Assembly (NCBI GenBank): GCA_016699595.1
Contig: CP064982.1
Span: forward strand, 643,118-707,117
Length of the DNA stretch: 64,000 bases
Source: a bacterium
Lineage (GTDB): Bacteria > Patescibacteriota > Dojkabacteria > GCA-016699595
Direction of reading: 5' to 3'
The notes under the pieces were generated by a model. The model saw nothing but the letters and a program-made list of their open reading frames with translations, made no database searches and was not told the origin of the DNA. Shown one piece after another: positions 9,849-20,851 of this stretch. How positions within the stretch are numbered: the first letter of the stretch is position 1; the number at the start of each line of letters is the position of its first letter. The position numbers and the translations under genes were made by a program.

Positions 9849-11627
9849 TCAATTCCCTGGCCACTTCATATTCCATTCTTTCATAATAGATACTTTTTCA
9901 AAATATGTTTTGTTTACTGGAAGCAGGTAAGCGAATGGATAATACAATATGTAACCAAGCAAAATAGCTAATAATGTCAGTATGATAAAAATTAGATTAA
10001 ACAAATCATTAAGTTCAAGTAGCTTCAATATACCAGATCTACTGAAAATAGATTTAGAACTTGGATCTGGATTTGGTTTCAAATTACTTTTAATATCATC
10101 CATTTCATTAAGATGTTCTTTGACGAAATCTTGCAACACATTGATCCTTGGCATTAGATAAAAATGTAAGATATACCCAAAGAGGATCATCCCAATAAGT
10201 AGTGCTGGCATATAATGATACATATACATAACTCTCTCTATAAGAGCGTAAGGTAACCAGTTGCCAAAGTATAATACAATAAGCCCTACCAAGACAGCAT
10301 CTTTAGATTCAAAATTTCTAAGGTTCAACAACTTCAGTAATAAAATGCTGACAGAAATAATGATTGATAATAGGGATATAAGCCAAATTACCGGATTTCC
10401 TACCAAGTAAACAAAAGCGTATTCATTTGATCCATCTGTTGACCAAAAATAACTTATCGTTCTACTCATGATAGGCCAAGTCATCCAACTAGACCCTATT
10501 TCATCTGGCTTTGTAAAATCTAGAGCAGGTACATTCTTGTTGTATCTAAGTTGAATAGAAGTATAGGCTTTCAGTTTGCACCAGTATGTCGCTGTATTCG
10601 TATTATTTCGTAAATCATTGACCCATTCAGGACAAAAATCGCTTACTTCTGCATTGTTTACATCTGGCAAAGCATTCCAATTTTTGATCATTGCAAAATG
10701 CATTGCAAAAATTGAGAGGTATATTAGGAGAGATATTCCCAAAATAGAACCAAGTTGGAGAATAGTTTTCGAAGTAACACTAAGAATAGTATTTGTCCAT
10801 GATTTCAACGATAATCTCACTTTATTTATATTTAACTTGCTACTGAACTGGTCTGCTTTTGAATTTATCAAATCAAGTAATTCGTCTCTTCTTAAAGTAT
10901 ATACTCTGTAGTTCTTTGCAAATAACAAGATAGCTAGAAAAGCAATTGTAGATATTGCAAACCATTTTGTAGATATTGCTAAACCCAAGGTGATACCACT
11001 AAGAAATGCCCAAAGCAATTGCATTTTCTTGTCTGCTGTATAGAAATATTTCAAACTGAAAAACATAGTTAACAGAATAAAAAATAATAAGATCTGCGAC
11101 AAAAGAGCATATCTTGACTCCACAATATAGCTAATCTCGAAAATACCAAGAAGTGATGCCATAAAGGGAACTATGTAACTTTTTGACCTACTTTTGTAAT
11201 TGATAATTTCATACACAATCAAAAATAGCATTGGTCCTATCATACTCCCAAATAATCTTGGAAATAATCTAAACCCTTCTGTATTCAATAAATTTTTATA
11301 ATTATCGAGCTTATTGCCTAATTGTGTAGAATCTAAAGATTCTTTGTTTGATAGGCCTCCTGGTGCTGTACCATCATATATTTTACTGCCTAAATAGAAA
11401 AGAAACTTACCCAAGGGGGGGTGTATATCAAAGTAATACTGGTTGAAGTAATAATTCTCAGTTTGAGGTATGAAGTATGCTTCATCAAATACAGTAGAAT
11501 CAGTTGGTTTCACAGTTACAGAAAACTTTCCAGAGTCATCAATATAAGGTTGAAATCGCGTCCATAAAGATAACAGAAGTATTAAACAGAAAATCAACCA
11601 TTTTGTTGGGTTAAGGAATTTTGACAT
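9849..11627 (-). CDS. GT39-family (PMT-like) protein O-mannosyltransferase, GT-C fold
   Basis: The first-loop motif FDEAYF..YYFDIHPPLGKFL matches the PMT family signature (FDEVHF..FFFDVHPPLGKLL). Polytopic membrane protein of 592 aa. Confidence 0.65.
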   Translation of the reverse strand: MSKFLNPTKWLIFCLILLLSLWTRFQPYIDDSGKFSVTVKPTDSTVFDEAYFIPQTENYYFNQYYFDIHPPLGKFLFYLGSKIYDGTAPGGLSNKESLDSTQLGNKLDNYKNLLNTEGFRLFPRLFGSMIGPMLFLIVYEIINYKSRSKSYIVPFMASLLGIFEISYIVESRYALLSQILLFFILLTMFFSLKYFYTADKKMQLLWAFLSGITLGLAISTKWFAISTIAFLAILLFAKNYRVYTLRRDELLDLINSKADQFSSKLNINKVRLSLKSWTNTILSVTSKTILQLGSILGISLLIYLSIFAMHFAMIKNWNALPDVNNAEVSDFCPEWVNDLRNNTNTATYWCKLKAYTSIQLRYNKNVPALDFTKPDEIGSSWMTWPIMSRTISYFWSTDGSNEYAFVYLVGNPVIWLISLLSIIISVSILLLKLLNLRNFESKDAVLVGLIVLYFGNWLPYALIERVMYMYHYMPALLIGMILFGYILHFYLMPRINVLQDFVKEHLNEMDDIKSNLKPNPDPSSKSIFSRSGILKLLELNDLFNLIFIILTLLAILLGYILYYPFAYLLPVNKTYFEKVSIMKEWNMKWPGN

Positions 11628-11630
11628 AAG

Positions 11631-13154
11631 TTAGTTTTTCGAATTAGGTTCTGACGAAAGCTTATCCAGAAGTTCTAACCATTGATTTTTGATGTTATAC
11701 TGAGAATACTTCTTAGCTTGTAGATATCCCAGCTCTATTTTCTCTTTAACTTCTTCCGAATCTCTATGTGTCAATATTTTCATTAGTTGCTCGCTTGCAT
11801 CTTTTATATCATAAGGGTCAGTATAAAAAGCTGCGTCACCTTGTGCCCATTTATGTACTGGAATTCCAGAAGACAAAACTGGACATCCACATGCCATAGC
11901 TTCTAGAGGAGGCATACCAAAACCTTCTTCAAAAGAAATAAAAGTGAATGCCTTAGCCATTGACATCAATATTCTGATTTCTGAGTTTGTTACATCAGAA
12001 AGCAATATGAATTCCCCCTTCAAAACATGGCTTCTCATGCTAGCAATAATATCTTGATACATCCAACCTAATCCACCTACATAAATATATTTTAGCTTCC
12101 TTTTGTTTTGGATAAAATACTTATCAGCAATCTCCGAATACATCTTAAGCATTCCCAAAATATTCTTCCTTGGCTCAATAGTTCCAACGGTTAAAATATA
12201 GTCGAATTCCAGGTTTTGCAATTGTTCTAAAATTTTATCTTTTTTGTCATCGTCAATGATTCCAAAAACATTTAAGCTGTATCGGCTTTCTATAATGTTT
12301 AAGAGCTTGGTTGCGTTCACTTCGTTAAAGTATATATCAGAAATAGCAGGAGCAATTGAAAAAGCATTTTCATTCCTTAAATTAGGATACATGCTTTGAA
12401 AATCCTTTATTACTGGCTCCGAATCAGCGACAAAAATGCTGCCAGTTTTTATTGATTGTCTTATGCTTTGATCTTGATACATTGATCTGTGAAATGCTCC
12501 TGCTACATATGTTGGACACAGTATCGGAATCAAATCATACACTCGTATGATTTGCTTAGTATTAGGGGATACTTTCAATCCTCTTTCAGTTGCAGTAATG
12601 AAGAAATCAAATTCATATGTATCAATGTTAGGTCGAGGTAACTTACTAGAAACTCTACTTCTTTGAATATCGGAAAAATCTGAATAGTTAGCTATGAATA
12701 TCTGAACATTACTCAGCTTGTCCCTGACATCTTTTGTAATAACCTTTGTCAAGAATTTGTCAATTATTAAATTATTGAAAACCTTGTCTATCTTGATTAG
12801 TTGAAAACTTCTTTTAAATAAAACATCATATACATGTGATAATAATTTGAGATTATTATAAAGTTTAGCTAATCTGCCGAGTCTATTTATAACCACACTG
12901 TCTGATCCAGTCAAAATTGCTACAGCCTGTGAATCTGCAACGATCTTTTGAGATTTAGATTTATGTTGTGAGTTTTTTAGTTTATAAATATCAAGTCTAC
13001 CCACAACATCGTACCAAAGTAGACTGATGTCGTACTTGTCATCTTGTATTAGCGCCTCCATGACCCGAAATAAATCCTGCTGAATCCCGCTTGCATAGTG
13101 TCCAGTATTGGCCATGTTGATAAGTACTTTTGTTTTTTTTGATGAATTTTCCAT
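11631..13154 (-). CDS. glycosyltransferase family 4 (GT-B, retaining)
   Basis: C-terminal motif FISFEEGFGMPPLEAMACGCPVLSSGIP is typical of GT4 (EX7E region). Confidence 0.7.
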   Translation of the reverse strand: MENSSKKTKVLINMANTGHYASGIQQDLFRVMEALIQDDKYDISLLWYDVVGRLDIYKLKNSQHKSKSQKIVADSQAVAILTGSDSVVINRLGRLAKLYNNLKLLSHVYDVLFKRSFQLIKIDKVFNNLIIDKFLTKVITKDVRDKLSNVQIFIANYSDFSDIQRSRVSSKLPRPNIDTYEFDFFITATERGLKVSPNTKQIIRVYDLIPILCPTYVAGAFHRSMYQDQSIRQSIKTGSIFVADSEPVIKDFQSMYPNLRNENAFSIAPAISDIYFNEVNATKLLNIIESRYSLNVFGIIDDDKKDKILEQLQNLEFDYILTVGTIEPRKNILGMLKMYSEIADKYFIQNKRKLKYIYVGGLGWMYQDIIASMRSHVLKGEFILLSDVTNSEIRILMSMAKAFTFISFEEGFGMPPLEAMACGCPVLSSGIPVHKWAQGDAAFYTDPYDIKDASEQLMKILTHRDSEEVKEKIELGYLQAKKYSQYNIKNQWLELLDKLSSEPNSKN

Positions 13155-13158
13155 GTTT

Positions 13159-14181
13159 TTAAAAATCTTTTTTGTCGCGAATATCGCTTTCTACCATTAA
13201 TTTGGCAAGCATTTTTGCATTAGTGTGGGCTTTCCAACCAAGTTCTTTTTCTGCCTTTGCAGCATCCCCCAACAGCAAATCTACTTCTGCAGGTCTATAG
13301 AATTTGGGATTGACCTTTACAAGCACTTTACCGCCTTCTTTATTTGTCGCAAACTCATTTTCATCCTTGCCATCCCAGACTAACTCTATACCTATATGGA
13401 AATAACATTCGGTTACAAAATCTCGAATCGAAGTAGTTTCTCCAGTTGCCAACACATATACATCTGGATGATCAGCTTGCAATATCTTGTGCATACCTTC
13501 AACATACTCTTTGGCATAACCCCAGTCACGCTTCGCATCTAAATTGCCTAGTTCTAAAAGAACATCTTGACCTTTTGCAACCGCTGCTGCATGCATGCTA
13601 ATCTTCCTAGTAACAAATTCTTGTCCCCTCAACTCGGATTCATGATTAAAAAGAATACCTGCAGTAGCGAATATATTGTAACTTTCTTGATAATTTCTTA
13701 CCATCCAATGCGCATATAATTTTGCTACACCATATGGACTTCTTGGATAAAAAGGCGTGGTTTCGGATTGCGGTGTTTCCTGCACCTTACCAAAAAGCTC
13801 GGATGTTGAGGCTTGGTAATACCTTATATCAGGTTTTAACTCCCTAAAGATCTCAAGTTGTTTTGCTACACTAGCTCCATCTATATCAAGTGTAGTAAGA
13901 GGTTGCTTGAAACTAGTTCCTACAAAACTTTGCGCTGCTAGATTATAGAATTCTTCCGGCATAACATCTTTTATAACCTGTCTCATATTTTCAAACTCAG
14001 ACAATTCAAATTCATGCATCGTTATTTGGTCCAAGATCCCTAGATACTTTAACTTAGGATAGGATGGATTACTTACTCTACGCACTCCTCCGTGGACTTC
14101 ATATCCAAGTGATAATAAATATTTTGCAAGCCAAGCACCATCTTGACCTGTAATACCAGTTATAAAGGCTTTCTTTGACAT
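13159..14181 (-). CDS. gmd: GDP-mannose 4,6-dehydratase
   Basis: AFITGITGQDGAWLAKYLLSLGYEVHG..YNLAAQSFV..YYQASTSELFGKVQETPQSETTPFYPRSPYGVAKLYAHW..ILFNHESELRGQEFVTRKI matches Gmd almost residue for residue. Confidence 0.9.
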   Translation of the reverse strand: MSKKAFITGITGQDGAWLAKYLLSLGYEVHGGVRRVSNPSYPKLKYLGILDQITMHEFELSEFENMRQVIKDVMPEEFYNLAAQSFVGTSFKQPLTTLDIDGASVAKQLEIFRELKPDIRYYQASTSELFGKVQETPQSETTPFYPRSPYGVAKLYAHWMVRNYQESYNIFATAGILFNHESELRGQEFVTRKISMHAAAVAKGQDVLLELGNLDAKRDWGYAKEYVEGMHKILQADHPDVYVLATGETTSIRDFVTECYFHIGIELVWDGKDENEFATNKEGGKVLVKVNPKFYRPAEVDLLLGDAAKAEKELGWKAHTNAKMLAKLMVESDIRDKKDF

Positions 14182-14192
14182 AAATTTAAAAT

Positions 14193-15653
14193 TTAGTTAA
14201 TAATATAAAATATTTTGTTTTCACATTTTATCATATAGAATCCATTTGCACACTCTTTGTTTATTTTTATATCTTTGTTAGATAATTTAACTATATATTC
14301 AATACTGGAATGAAATGCGTTGTAGTTATCTTGCAAACAGACATTTGAATCATTCGGGACTTTATCAATAATAAAGTTCATATCAACTGTATCAAATAGA
14401 CTGTCTTGAGAAGTAAATTGATTATCAATATACGACATTGTTTGTTTGTAATTTATCCCGATTGAAATGGCAATAAATGAGATTACGCAAATCCCAAGTA
14501 GCAAATTTCTGCTATTTATAGATACCCTCAAGAGGATGATAAAGTATAACATCACCAATATGGTAATAAGATATTGGTAATGAAAATGAATGTCACCAAA
14601 GTACATAGTTGCAAAAACCATATAAATAAGAAATATTGAAGCCGAGAGCTTCAATATGACATTACCTTTGAATAGTTTTTTTGACTCAGTGATAACAAAA
14701 AGTAATAATCCAGAACCCAATGATAAAGAGAATTTATCTAAGCTGTCTTTTGGAATTAAATATTTGGAAAACAAGTAATACAGCGTTCTCCCAAAATTGT
14801 TTAGGAGATCATCAAGGGTGTGGATTTCATTATTTGAACTTGCGAACAACTGCTTAATAAGATTCAATGAATTTACGAAGTGATTTTGAATTTCAGCATA
14901 TATATAAGGTATATGTAGAAGAAAAATTATGAGTAAACTAGCTAGAGCGCCAGGAACCGAGGACTTTCTATCCTTCATCATTTTGTATGCAACCGTTATC
15001 AAATATTGCATAGGAAATATCATCAGAGTAGTTGAATGTAGATTTGACCCTATCGCAGTCACAAGCCCTAAAAGTATCCACAGATAGAGACTTGGATTAC
15101 TTCGCTTGAGTACTATGTAACTTAGTAGTAACAAACTGATCGTAAAAAATGGAATCGGCGTTGGGTTCCATTCTACATCAGCAAGTATGACATCATTTAC
15201 GAGACACAACCACCAAACTGAGGATAGTATGGGCAAGTAAATCAGTAACAATTTATCTAACAGCTCAGATCGTACCTTCGAATCAGATATCATGTCCTTT
15301 ACCACAAAATAAACCAACAATCCAAATAAGAATATAGTAGAGAACGAAAAAACTGCATTTGGAATTACTTGGATCTTTGGATCATCACTGAGATAAACTG
15401 TTGGAGATATAAGATAATAATACAATGGAGGTAACGAATAGTTTCCTTGAGATGAAGCTGGACCTAATGTAATTAGTTGTCCCGTGTCTTTCATATGCGA
15501 AATTACCAATGCATCTCTTCCTTGATCACTTAAAAAGCCATGATAATAGTTAATCGTTCCAAATCTTGTATAACAAGCGAAAGCAAAAATAACTATCCAA
15601 ATAATTAATATAAATAATTTACTTGTCGTTAATTTTACAAATTTATTTAACAT
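14193..15653 (-). CDS. polytopic membrane protein, GT-C-like (ArnT/PMT-like) putative glycosyltransferase
   Basis: About 12 TM segments. An acidic first-loop motif GFLSDQGRDALVISHMKDTG resembles the DE-x-RYA loop motif of ArnT/PMT enzymes. Confidence 0.4.
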   Translation of the reverse strand: MLNKFVKLTTSKLFILIIWIVIFAFACYTRFGTINYYHGFLSDQGRDALVISHMKDTGQLITLGPASSQGNYSLPPLYYYLISPTVYLSDDPKIQVIPNAVFSFSTIFLFGLLVYFVVKDMISDSKVRSELLDKLLLIYLPILSSVWWLCLVNDVILADVEWNPTPIPFFTISLLLLSYIVLKRSNPSLYLWILLGLVTAIGSNLHSTTLMIFPMQYLITVAYKMMKDRKSSVPGALASLLIIFLLHIPYIYAEIQNHFVNSLNLIKQLFASSNNEIHTLDDLLNNFGRTLYYLFSKYLIPKDSLDKFSLSLGSGLLLFVITESKKLFKGNVILKLSASIFLIYMVFATMYFGDIHFHYQYLITILVMLYFIILLRVSINSRNLLLGICVISFIAISIGINYKQTMSYIDNQFTSQDSLFDTVDMNFIIDKVPNDSNVCLQDNYNAFHSSIEYIVKLSNKDIKINKECANGFYMIKCENKIFYIIN

Positions 15654-16851
15654 TTCTTTTTGAAACTATAAAGAATACTTCTGCTATAAAAACAATTGTA
15701 GTGATTATCATAATTGGAAACCAGGCTTTAGTGTAATGCAAACATCCATATATAACATTAAACCCGGTGAACGCAGGAAATGAACTATAAAAAAGAAATG
15801 ATATTGCCACAACACCATTTAGGATAGAAAGGTATTTGTTCTTCATTATTACAAAGTAAACAATTGATATCAGATAAACAAGCATCCATGGATATTTAAT
15901 TATTAATCCTGGATAGTTACTATTGATATTTGATTCATTTACATAAGTTTTCGGAAATAGCTTGGTATTTACTCCTGAGTTTGTCCCAAGAAATATAGAC
16001 TGCAAGCTTGGTAATATATATTTGGGAGAATATCTAGATACCTCTTGATCGTTTCCACCAGTTTCATCTTTATGATTTATATATGGAGTATTATAAATCT
16101 CACCAAAGTAGGTCTTATTTAGGTACAAAATTGGTGTTATAAAGACAATTAGTGATAACGAAAAGAATAGAATCTTTCTCAGTAATATTTTGCAATCTTG
16201 ATACTCAGTAATAATTATGTAAAACAAAACTAAAATAAAGAACCATACTACATCTACATATCTAGCACTGAAGACCCATGCAGTGAGAATGGAAAATAGT
16301 ATAAGTAGTTTATATGTTAGATGCTCCTTGGTTGAGGTGATAATTAAAAGAATAGAGATCACAAGCAAATTTATCGTCGAGTTCCACGGAACTATCGTAT
16401 TTTCTAAGACTGGTGTAAGAAATATATAAATTGCAACACCCATAAGAGAAAATATATATTTATACTTACTTTCATTGAGCAATGTCTTAACGCTCAGGTA
16501 TACAGCTATTATAGATAAAGAGTATATCATTACACCACCACACAAAAAGGGGTCTATCTTAGCCAAACCCAGCCAGATGCCTATACTTCCAATTATTGGA
16601 TATCCTGGACCATACAGAAATCTTTCGTGATTAAGAGTAAACTCTGACATATCAATAGCCATTTTTAGATATTCTCCCTGATCAAACCAGCCAAAATAGC
16701 CATTACCCAGAAATTCATTGATTCCATGAGGAATTGTATCCAAACTATTGTAGTTCTTTATGAAAGTGAAAAATCCAATTACTAACAAAAAAAACACCAA
16801 GAAGTTTGAGAATAACTTTGATGAAATGGCGTGCTTTATATTATCTTGCAT
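15643..16851 (-). CDS. polytopic membrane protein, possible third GT-C-like transferase or glycan polymerase
   Basis: Multiple TM segments. First-loop motif GWFDQGEYLKMAIDM. Operonic with the flanking sugar genes. Confidence 0.35.
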   Translation of the reverse strand: MQDNIKHAISSKLFSNFLVFFLLVIGFFTFIKNYNSLDTIPHGINEFLGNGYFGWFDQGEYLKMAIDMSEFTLNHERFLYGPGYPIIGSIGIWLGLAKIDPFLCGGVMIYSLSIIAVYLSVKTLLNESKYKYIFSLMGVAIYIFLTPVLENTIVPWNSTINLLVISILLIITSTKEHLTYKLLILFSILTAWVFSARYVDVVWFFILVLFYIIITEYQDCKILLRKILFFSLSLIVFITPILYLNKTYFGEIYNTPYINHKDETGGNDQEVSRYSPKYILPSLQSIFLGTNSGVNTKLFPKTYVNESNINSNYPGLIIKYPWMLVYLISIVYFVIMKNKYLSILNGVVAISFLFYSSFPAFTGFNVIYGCLHYTKAWFPIMIITTIVFIAEVFFIVSKRNVK

Positions 16852-16874
16852 GCTGAATATAAATCAGAAAACGG

Positions 16875-17912
16875 TTAATACTTAATATAACATTTATCCC
16901 TATTTGTTGTTAAGCTATATACTACATTGGCAGTATTTACGGATTGAACGAACCCACGTTTAAGAATTTTTCTATCAATTTCAGAGAAATATTCCTCATT
17001 ATTTAGCCAATCGTGATTTTCTATATATAAATAGTCAAACTTTTCTAATAGTTGCACATTTTGATCAGTAGCAAATAAGTCTTTCTCTGCACCTTCAATG
17101 TCAATCTTTAAAATATTGACATCTTCAAAAGTATGTTCGTTTAGCAAATCTAAGAACTTTATATTTGAACATTCTTCAATTAATGAACCTTTGGCGGAGG
17201 CTCTTGACTGTACTCCACCCCAATTTGTATTAATTTCATTAGGGAAATATAGTTCACTTTTACCTTCTGTTTCTGAAAGACATTTTTGTAGTAAATTAGC
17301 TTTTTGAATTCCAAGAATTTTTATGTTTCTTTTAGCAAGTAAAATGTTCGAGGTTAATGGCTCAACACCGGTTAATGAATTAATTTCCAAACCTAACTTC
17401 TGTAGTTGATCCTGAAACCTAACAACACTAAGTCCTACATTTAGACCAACATCCACAAGTGAAATCGTCTTGTGTACCAATCTTTCTATATCAAAAATTT
17501 CATATGCTCCAGCCTCCATTTCGCCTAAAATATACATATCATCGAGTCTTAGTGACAATATACGATCATTATACTGAATCTTTACTGGCGATAAGCGATC
17601 AATTCTTCCATATTGATTCTCCCATAATAATTTAAATATCTTTTTGAATAAGACCCTTTCTTCATCTTGCTGATTTTGTATAGTTATTTTCAATGTCTCA
17701 TTCTTCGAATCTATTTCTTTTTTACTTCTGATATTCACAGCCTCTTCTGAGTTTAAGACGAATGCTAGAATTTCTTCAATTGATATTGAAGAAATTAGAT
17801 AATAATTTAGCTCTTCTTCTTTTGGCTCTCTTGCCAAGTATTTATTGAATATAAGGATTATAATTTGTTTGCGTAAGGCAATAATTTGTTTATGTGTTGG
17901 TTTATTTAACAT
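16875..17912 (-). CDS. FkbM-family SAM-dependent methyltransferase
   Basis: VDVGLNVGLSVV..GVEPL..NIKFLDLL..NILKIDIEGAEKDLF matches the FkbM domain pattern (DiGAn.G..fEP...LKiDvEGaE). Confidence 0.6.
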   Translation of the reverse strand: MLNKPTHKQIIALRKQIIILIFNKYLAREPKEEELNYYLISSISIEEILAFVLNSEEAVNIRSKKEIDSKNETLKITIQNQQDEERVLFKKIFKLLWENQYGRIDRLSPVKIQYNDRILSLRLDDMYILGEMEAGAYEIFDIERLVHKTISLVDVGLNVGLSVVRFQDQLQKLGLEINSLTGVEPLTSNILLAKRNIKILGIQKANLLQKCLSETEGKSELYFPNEINTNWGGVQSRASAKGSLIEECSNIKFLDLLNEHTFEDVNILKIDIEGAEKDLFATDQNVQLLEKFDYLYIENHDWLNNEEYFSEIDRKILKRGFVQSVNTANVVYSLTTNRDKCYIKY

Positions 17913-18095
17913 TAAATTAATTATTTCTTACGAAGAAAACTTGTAAGTTATAAAACACTTATTTCGCACATAAAAAGGCATGTATTTACTTTACAAAAAA
18001 CTCCATTTTAAAAGTGCCTTATTTTACGAATTTGATTATCAGGACTCTCAAATTCAAAACGGTATTCATTTTTGAAAGAAAACCTACCAGCTTTA

Positions 18096-19217
18096 TTATT
18101 TTTTAAAGGTAAATTTTTTGTGCCCTATAAAGTTCCAAAGTAAAACGACAACAGAACTAATTGGTGTTGTATAGAAAGAATTTCCTTTGAACACTTCATT
18201 CCACAAAAAACTGACGACAATTGCAATAATTATTCCACTACCAAAGACAAGCCAAAATCTGACGAAACTTCCAAATTTATTTGGTTTGTCCCTATATTCG
18301 AATGAGAATCTTTTGTTCAGAAAGTAATTATATAATCCAGAAATAAAAAATCCTAATGCAACTGGGATGAAATAGTTTGGAAGACCAAGTACAGATGACC
18401 CTATCCTAGACTTCAGAAATTCAGTAATAATCCAATTTAAAATTAATGCAGTGCCACCAACCAGCAAAAACTTAATAAATTGATTAAATGTGCTTTGAGG
18501 GTTTGCATATTTGATAATTTCCCAAATTGCTTTGGCTCCATCTTTCCAATTAATTTTCTTACCCTCCTCTTTCGACCTACCATAATATGAAATTCCAACT
18601 TCGTACAGTCGTAAATTCTTAATTCTGCTTAGTCTTGCTGTAACTTCAGGTTCAAATCCAAATCTTTTTGCTTCTAAATCTTTTGCAATTTCTCTGATCA
18701 AATCTGCTTTAAAGACTTTATAACAAGTTTCCATATCTGTCAGGTCAAATCCAGTCATAAGATTTGAAAATGTTGTCAAAAAACTATTTGCTAGTTTGTT
18801 TGCATAATAAAAAGTCCTATGTGGTTCCCCACCTACGAACCTTGAACCATAAACTACATCAGCATTTCCTCTTTGAATAGGGTAAAGAAGCTTAGAATAT
18901 TCATGTGGATCATACTCCATATCTGCATCTTGAATTATCACTACATCTCCAGTTGATGCCAAAATTCCTCTTTTCAATGCAGCGCCTTTCCCTTGATTTA
19001 TTTCTTGATTCAATATTGTCAGGTTGTACTTACTCTTGACCTCTTGAAGTTTTTCTAATGTCCCATCTTTACTTGCATCGTTTATAACGATAATTTCTTT
19101 TTGAATTGAACCCAAATCTACATCTTTCACCTCATCCAAAATTTGAGTTATCGTCTTAGCTTCATTATAGGCAGGGATTATGATTGATAGTTTTTTGATT
19201 TCTACTTTTTGATGCAT
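18096..19217 (-). CDS. GT2 polyprenol-phosphate sugar (mannose) synthase fused to a GtrA-like membrane domain
   Basis: LSIIIPAYNEAKTI..EIIVINDASKDGT..GKGAALKRGILASTGDVVIIQDADMEYDP is a Dpm1/Ppm1-like GT2 signature. The C-terminal four TMs (FIKFLLVGGTALILNWII..) resemble a GtrA domain. Confidence 0.8.
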   Translation of the reverse strand: MHQKVEIKKLSIIIPAYNEAKTITQILDEVKDVDLGSIQKEIIVINDASKDGTLEKLQEVKSKYNLTILNQEINQGKGAALKRGILASTGDVVIIQDADMEYDPHEYSKLLYPIQRGNADVVYGSRFVGGEPHRTFYYANKLANSFLTTFSNLMTGFDLTDMETCYKVFKADLIREIAKDLEAKRFGFEPEVTARLSRIKNLRLYEVGISYYGRSKEEGKKINWKDGAKAIWEIIKYANPQSTFNQFIKFLLVGGTALILNWIITEFLKSRIGSSVLGLPNYFIPVALGFFISGLYNYFLNKRFSFEYRDKPNKFGSFVRFWLVFGSGIIIAIVVSFLWNEVFKGNSFYTTPISSVVVLLWNFIGHKKFTFKK

Positions 19218-20056
19218 TATTTTTCTTCTAAGTTTAATTTCTTAATTAATTCCTTATAACTTTTTAAATTATTTACTGCAATCCAACTACCTGTGGGAAT
19301 TGCAATTGCAAAGAGTTTTCTTTCATTCGATAATATAGGAAACAAAATTTTCTCAAAGTCAGTTGGTTTATCATATGAAAATATTTTAAACCTTTCAAAG
19401 ACCTTGTTCGAAAATAAGGTTATACCGGTATGAATTGGGATTGGCAACATCGGATACATCACTACTTCTGTTACAAATCCCTTTTCTATCATCATACCTG
19501 TATACTGATGAGGTGTTTCCAAAACATTTACAACAGTTGATTCACAGCCTTTAGATTCTGCATATTCATGGGCTGAGATTATATCTAAAGGAAAGCTCCC
19601 AGAATAATTGAGAATGACATCATCTGGATTGTGGACTATAAACTTTTCCTCTTTTTTCAGATGCCCCTTTTCATAAGCATTACGAATTGCACCACCTTTT
19701 CCTACTGGTTTTTCGGGATCAAAACAATAGTCGATATTCACTCCATACTTGTCACCTGAACCAAGAAGATCAATTATACTTGATGCATGATGATAAACTA
19801 AAATTAGAAAATCTTTTAAACCAGCTTCAGCATACATTCTAATTGTCATTTCTATCATAGTATCACCATTTGGAAGTGTAAAGGCAGATTTATTTGTAGC
19901 TGTACTTCCTGGAACTTCTTTAAATCTTGAACTCTCTCCGCCAGCCATTAAAACTATTTTGTAATTTTTCTTTACTTTATCAAATTCTTCTTGAGTTAAT
20001 TTCGGAGTTTCAATAACATCACATAATTGAGTTTTTAGTTGATCTAGTGCTTGCAT
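19217..20056 (-). CDS. YcaO-domain protein (possibly degenerate or pseudo-YcaO)
   Basis: 279-aa ORF overlapping the start of the upstream GT2 gene; operonic in the glycosylation locus. The call corrects my first reading of IVLMAGGESSRFKEV..NKSAF as a nucleotidyltransferase signature. Confidence 0.3.
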   Translation of the reverse strand: MQALDQLKTQLCDVIETPKLTQEEFDKVKKNYKIVLMAGGESSRFKEVPGSTATNKSAFTLPNGDTMIEMTIRMYAEAGLKDFLILVYHHASSIIDLLGSGDKYGVNIDYCFDPEKPVGKGGAIRNAYEKGHLKKEEKFIVHNPDDVILNYSGSFPLDIISAHEYAESKGCESTVVNVLETPHQYTGMMIEKGFVTEVVMYPMLPIPIHTGITLFSNKVFERFKIFSYDKPTDFEKILFPILSNERKLFAIAIPTGSWIAVNNLKSYKELIKKLNLEEK

Positions 20057-20065
20057 TAGTTTGGT

Positions 20066-20851
20066 TTAATGTTTAATATTTAATATTTGCCTTAGGTAGG
20101 TCTTAGTGTCTTCGACACTATCTACTTCAACACAATCGATACCCATCAACTTGATTGGATAATCGTTGCCATCTGGCTCCAAATGATCTCCAAAGAACAA
20201 AACATCTTCATTTCTTAGATTCCTTGATTCAAGAAACATGCTCATTCCATAAGCCTTATCCATGCCTACTCTTGTGATATCAATCGATGTCAGCCCTCCA
20301 ATCTTTGCCTCCATGGTTTCCGGGAGAAGTGGATCAATGAAGTTTCTAAGTTCTTTTCTCTTTTTCAAATCTGGATCCCATAATTGTTTTTCATCAGCTG
20401 GTGCTTTTTGTCCTAAAGTCGACAATGTGATTTGTGAACCTCGATCCTCAATGATATTTCCCCATTCAGCATTAGTTTTTAAATTAAATTTTTCTACTGC
20501 AATTTTAACCGCTTTGATGCTTTCTTCTTTTTCCATTCCTGTCAATTCTTCAAAGAAAACCCTATTCCAATTTAATTTATCATCGAATTCAAACCTTTGT
20601 GTTCCAACAACTGGACAAATTATAAGATTCTTTAAACTATCACTTTTGGGAAATTGGTCAACTATATTCTTTTTAAATACCTCCGCATTGGTCCCTGAGA
20701 TTATAACAATTAAGAATTTGTCCAGTAATTTATCCAAAACCTGAACCATTTCTGAATCCATTGTGGTTTTTGAAATCACAAGCGTTCCATCAGCATCAAA
20801 CGCAAGCACTTTTTTGCTTTTTACTGAACTTTGAATATTAATCATTTTCAT
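20066..20851 (-). CDS. HAD-superfamily (IIB-like) hydrolase, possibly phosphomannomutase-type
   Basis: HAD motif I AFDADGTLV, motif III/IV region ..FFGDHLEPDGNDYP. The sugar-pathway context suggests a PMM-like role. Confidence 0.5.
   Translation of the reverse strand: MKMINIQSSVKSKKVLAFDADGTLVISKTTMDSEMVQVLDKLLDKFLIVIISGTNAEVFKKNIVDQFPKSDSLKNLIICPVVGTQRFEFDDKLNWNRVFFEELTGMEKEESIKAVKIAVEKFNLKTNAEWGNIIEDRGSQITLSTLGQKAPADEKQLWDPDLKKRKELRNFIDPLLPETMEAKIGGLTSIDITRVGMDKAYGMSMFLESRNLRNEDVLFFGDHLEPDGNDYPIKLMGIDCVEVDSVEDTKTYLRQILNIKH

Noticed and set aside
17913-18095. Possible ncRNA or terminator in the 183-bp gap between the FkbM and GT2 genes
   Set aside because: Only a 6-bp stem with a ~30-nt loop (aaggca...tgcctt). 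No conserved ncRNA features are recognisable by eye.
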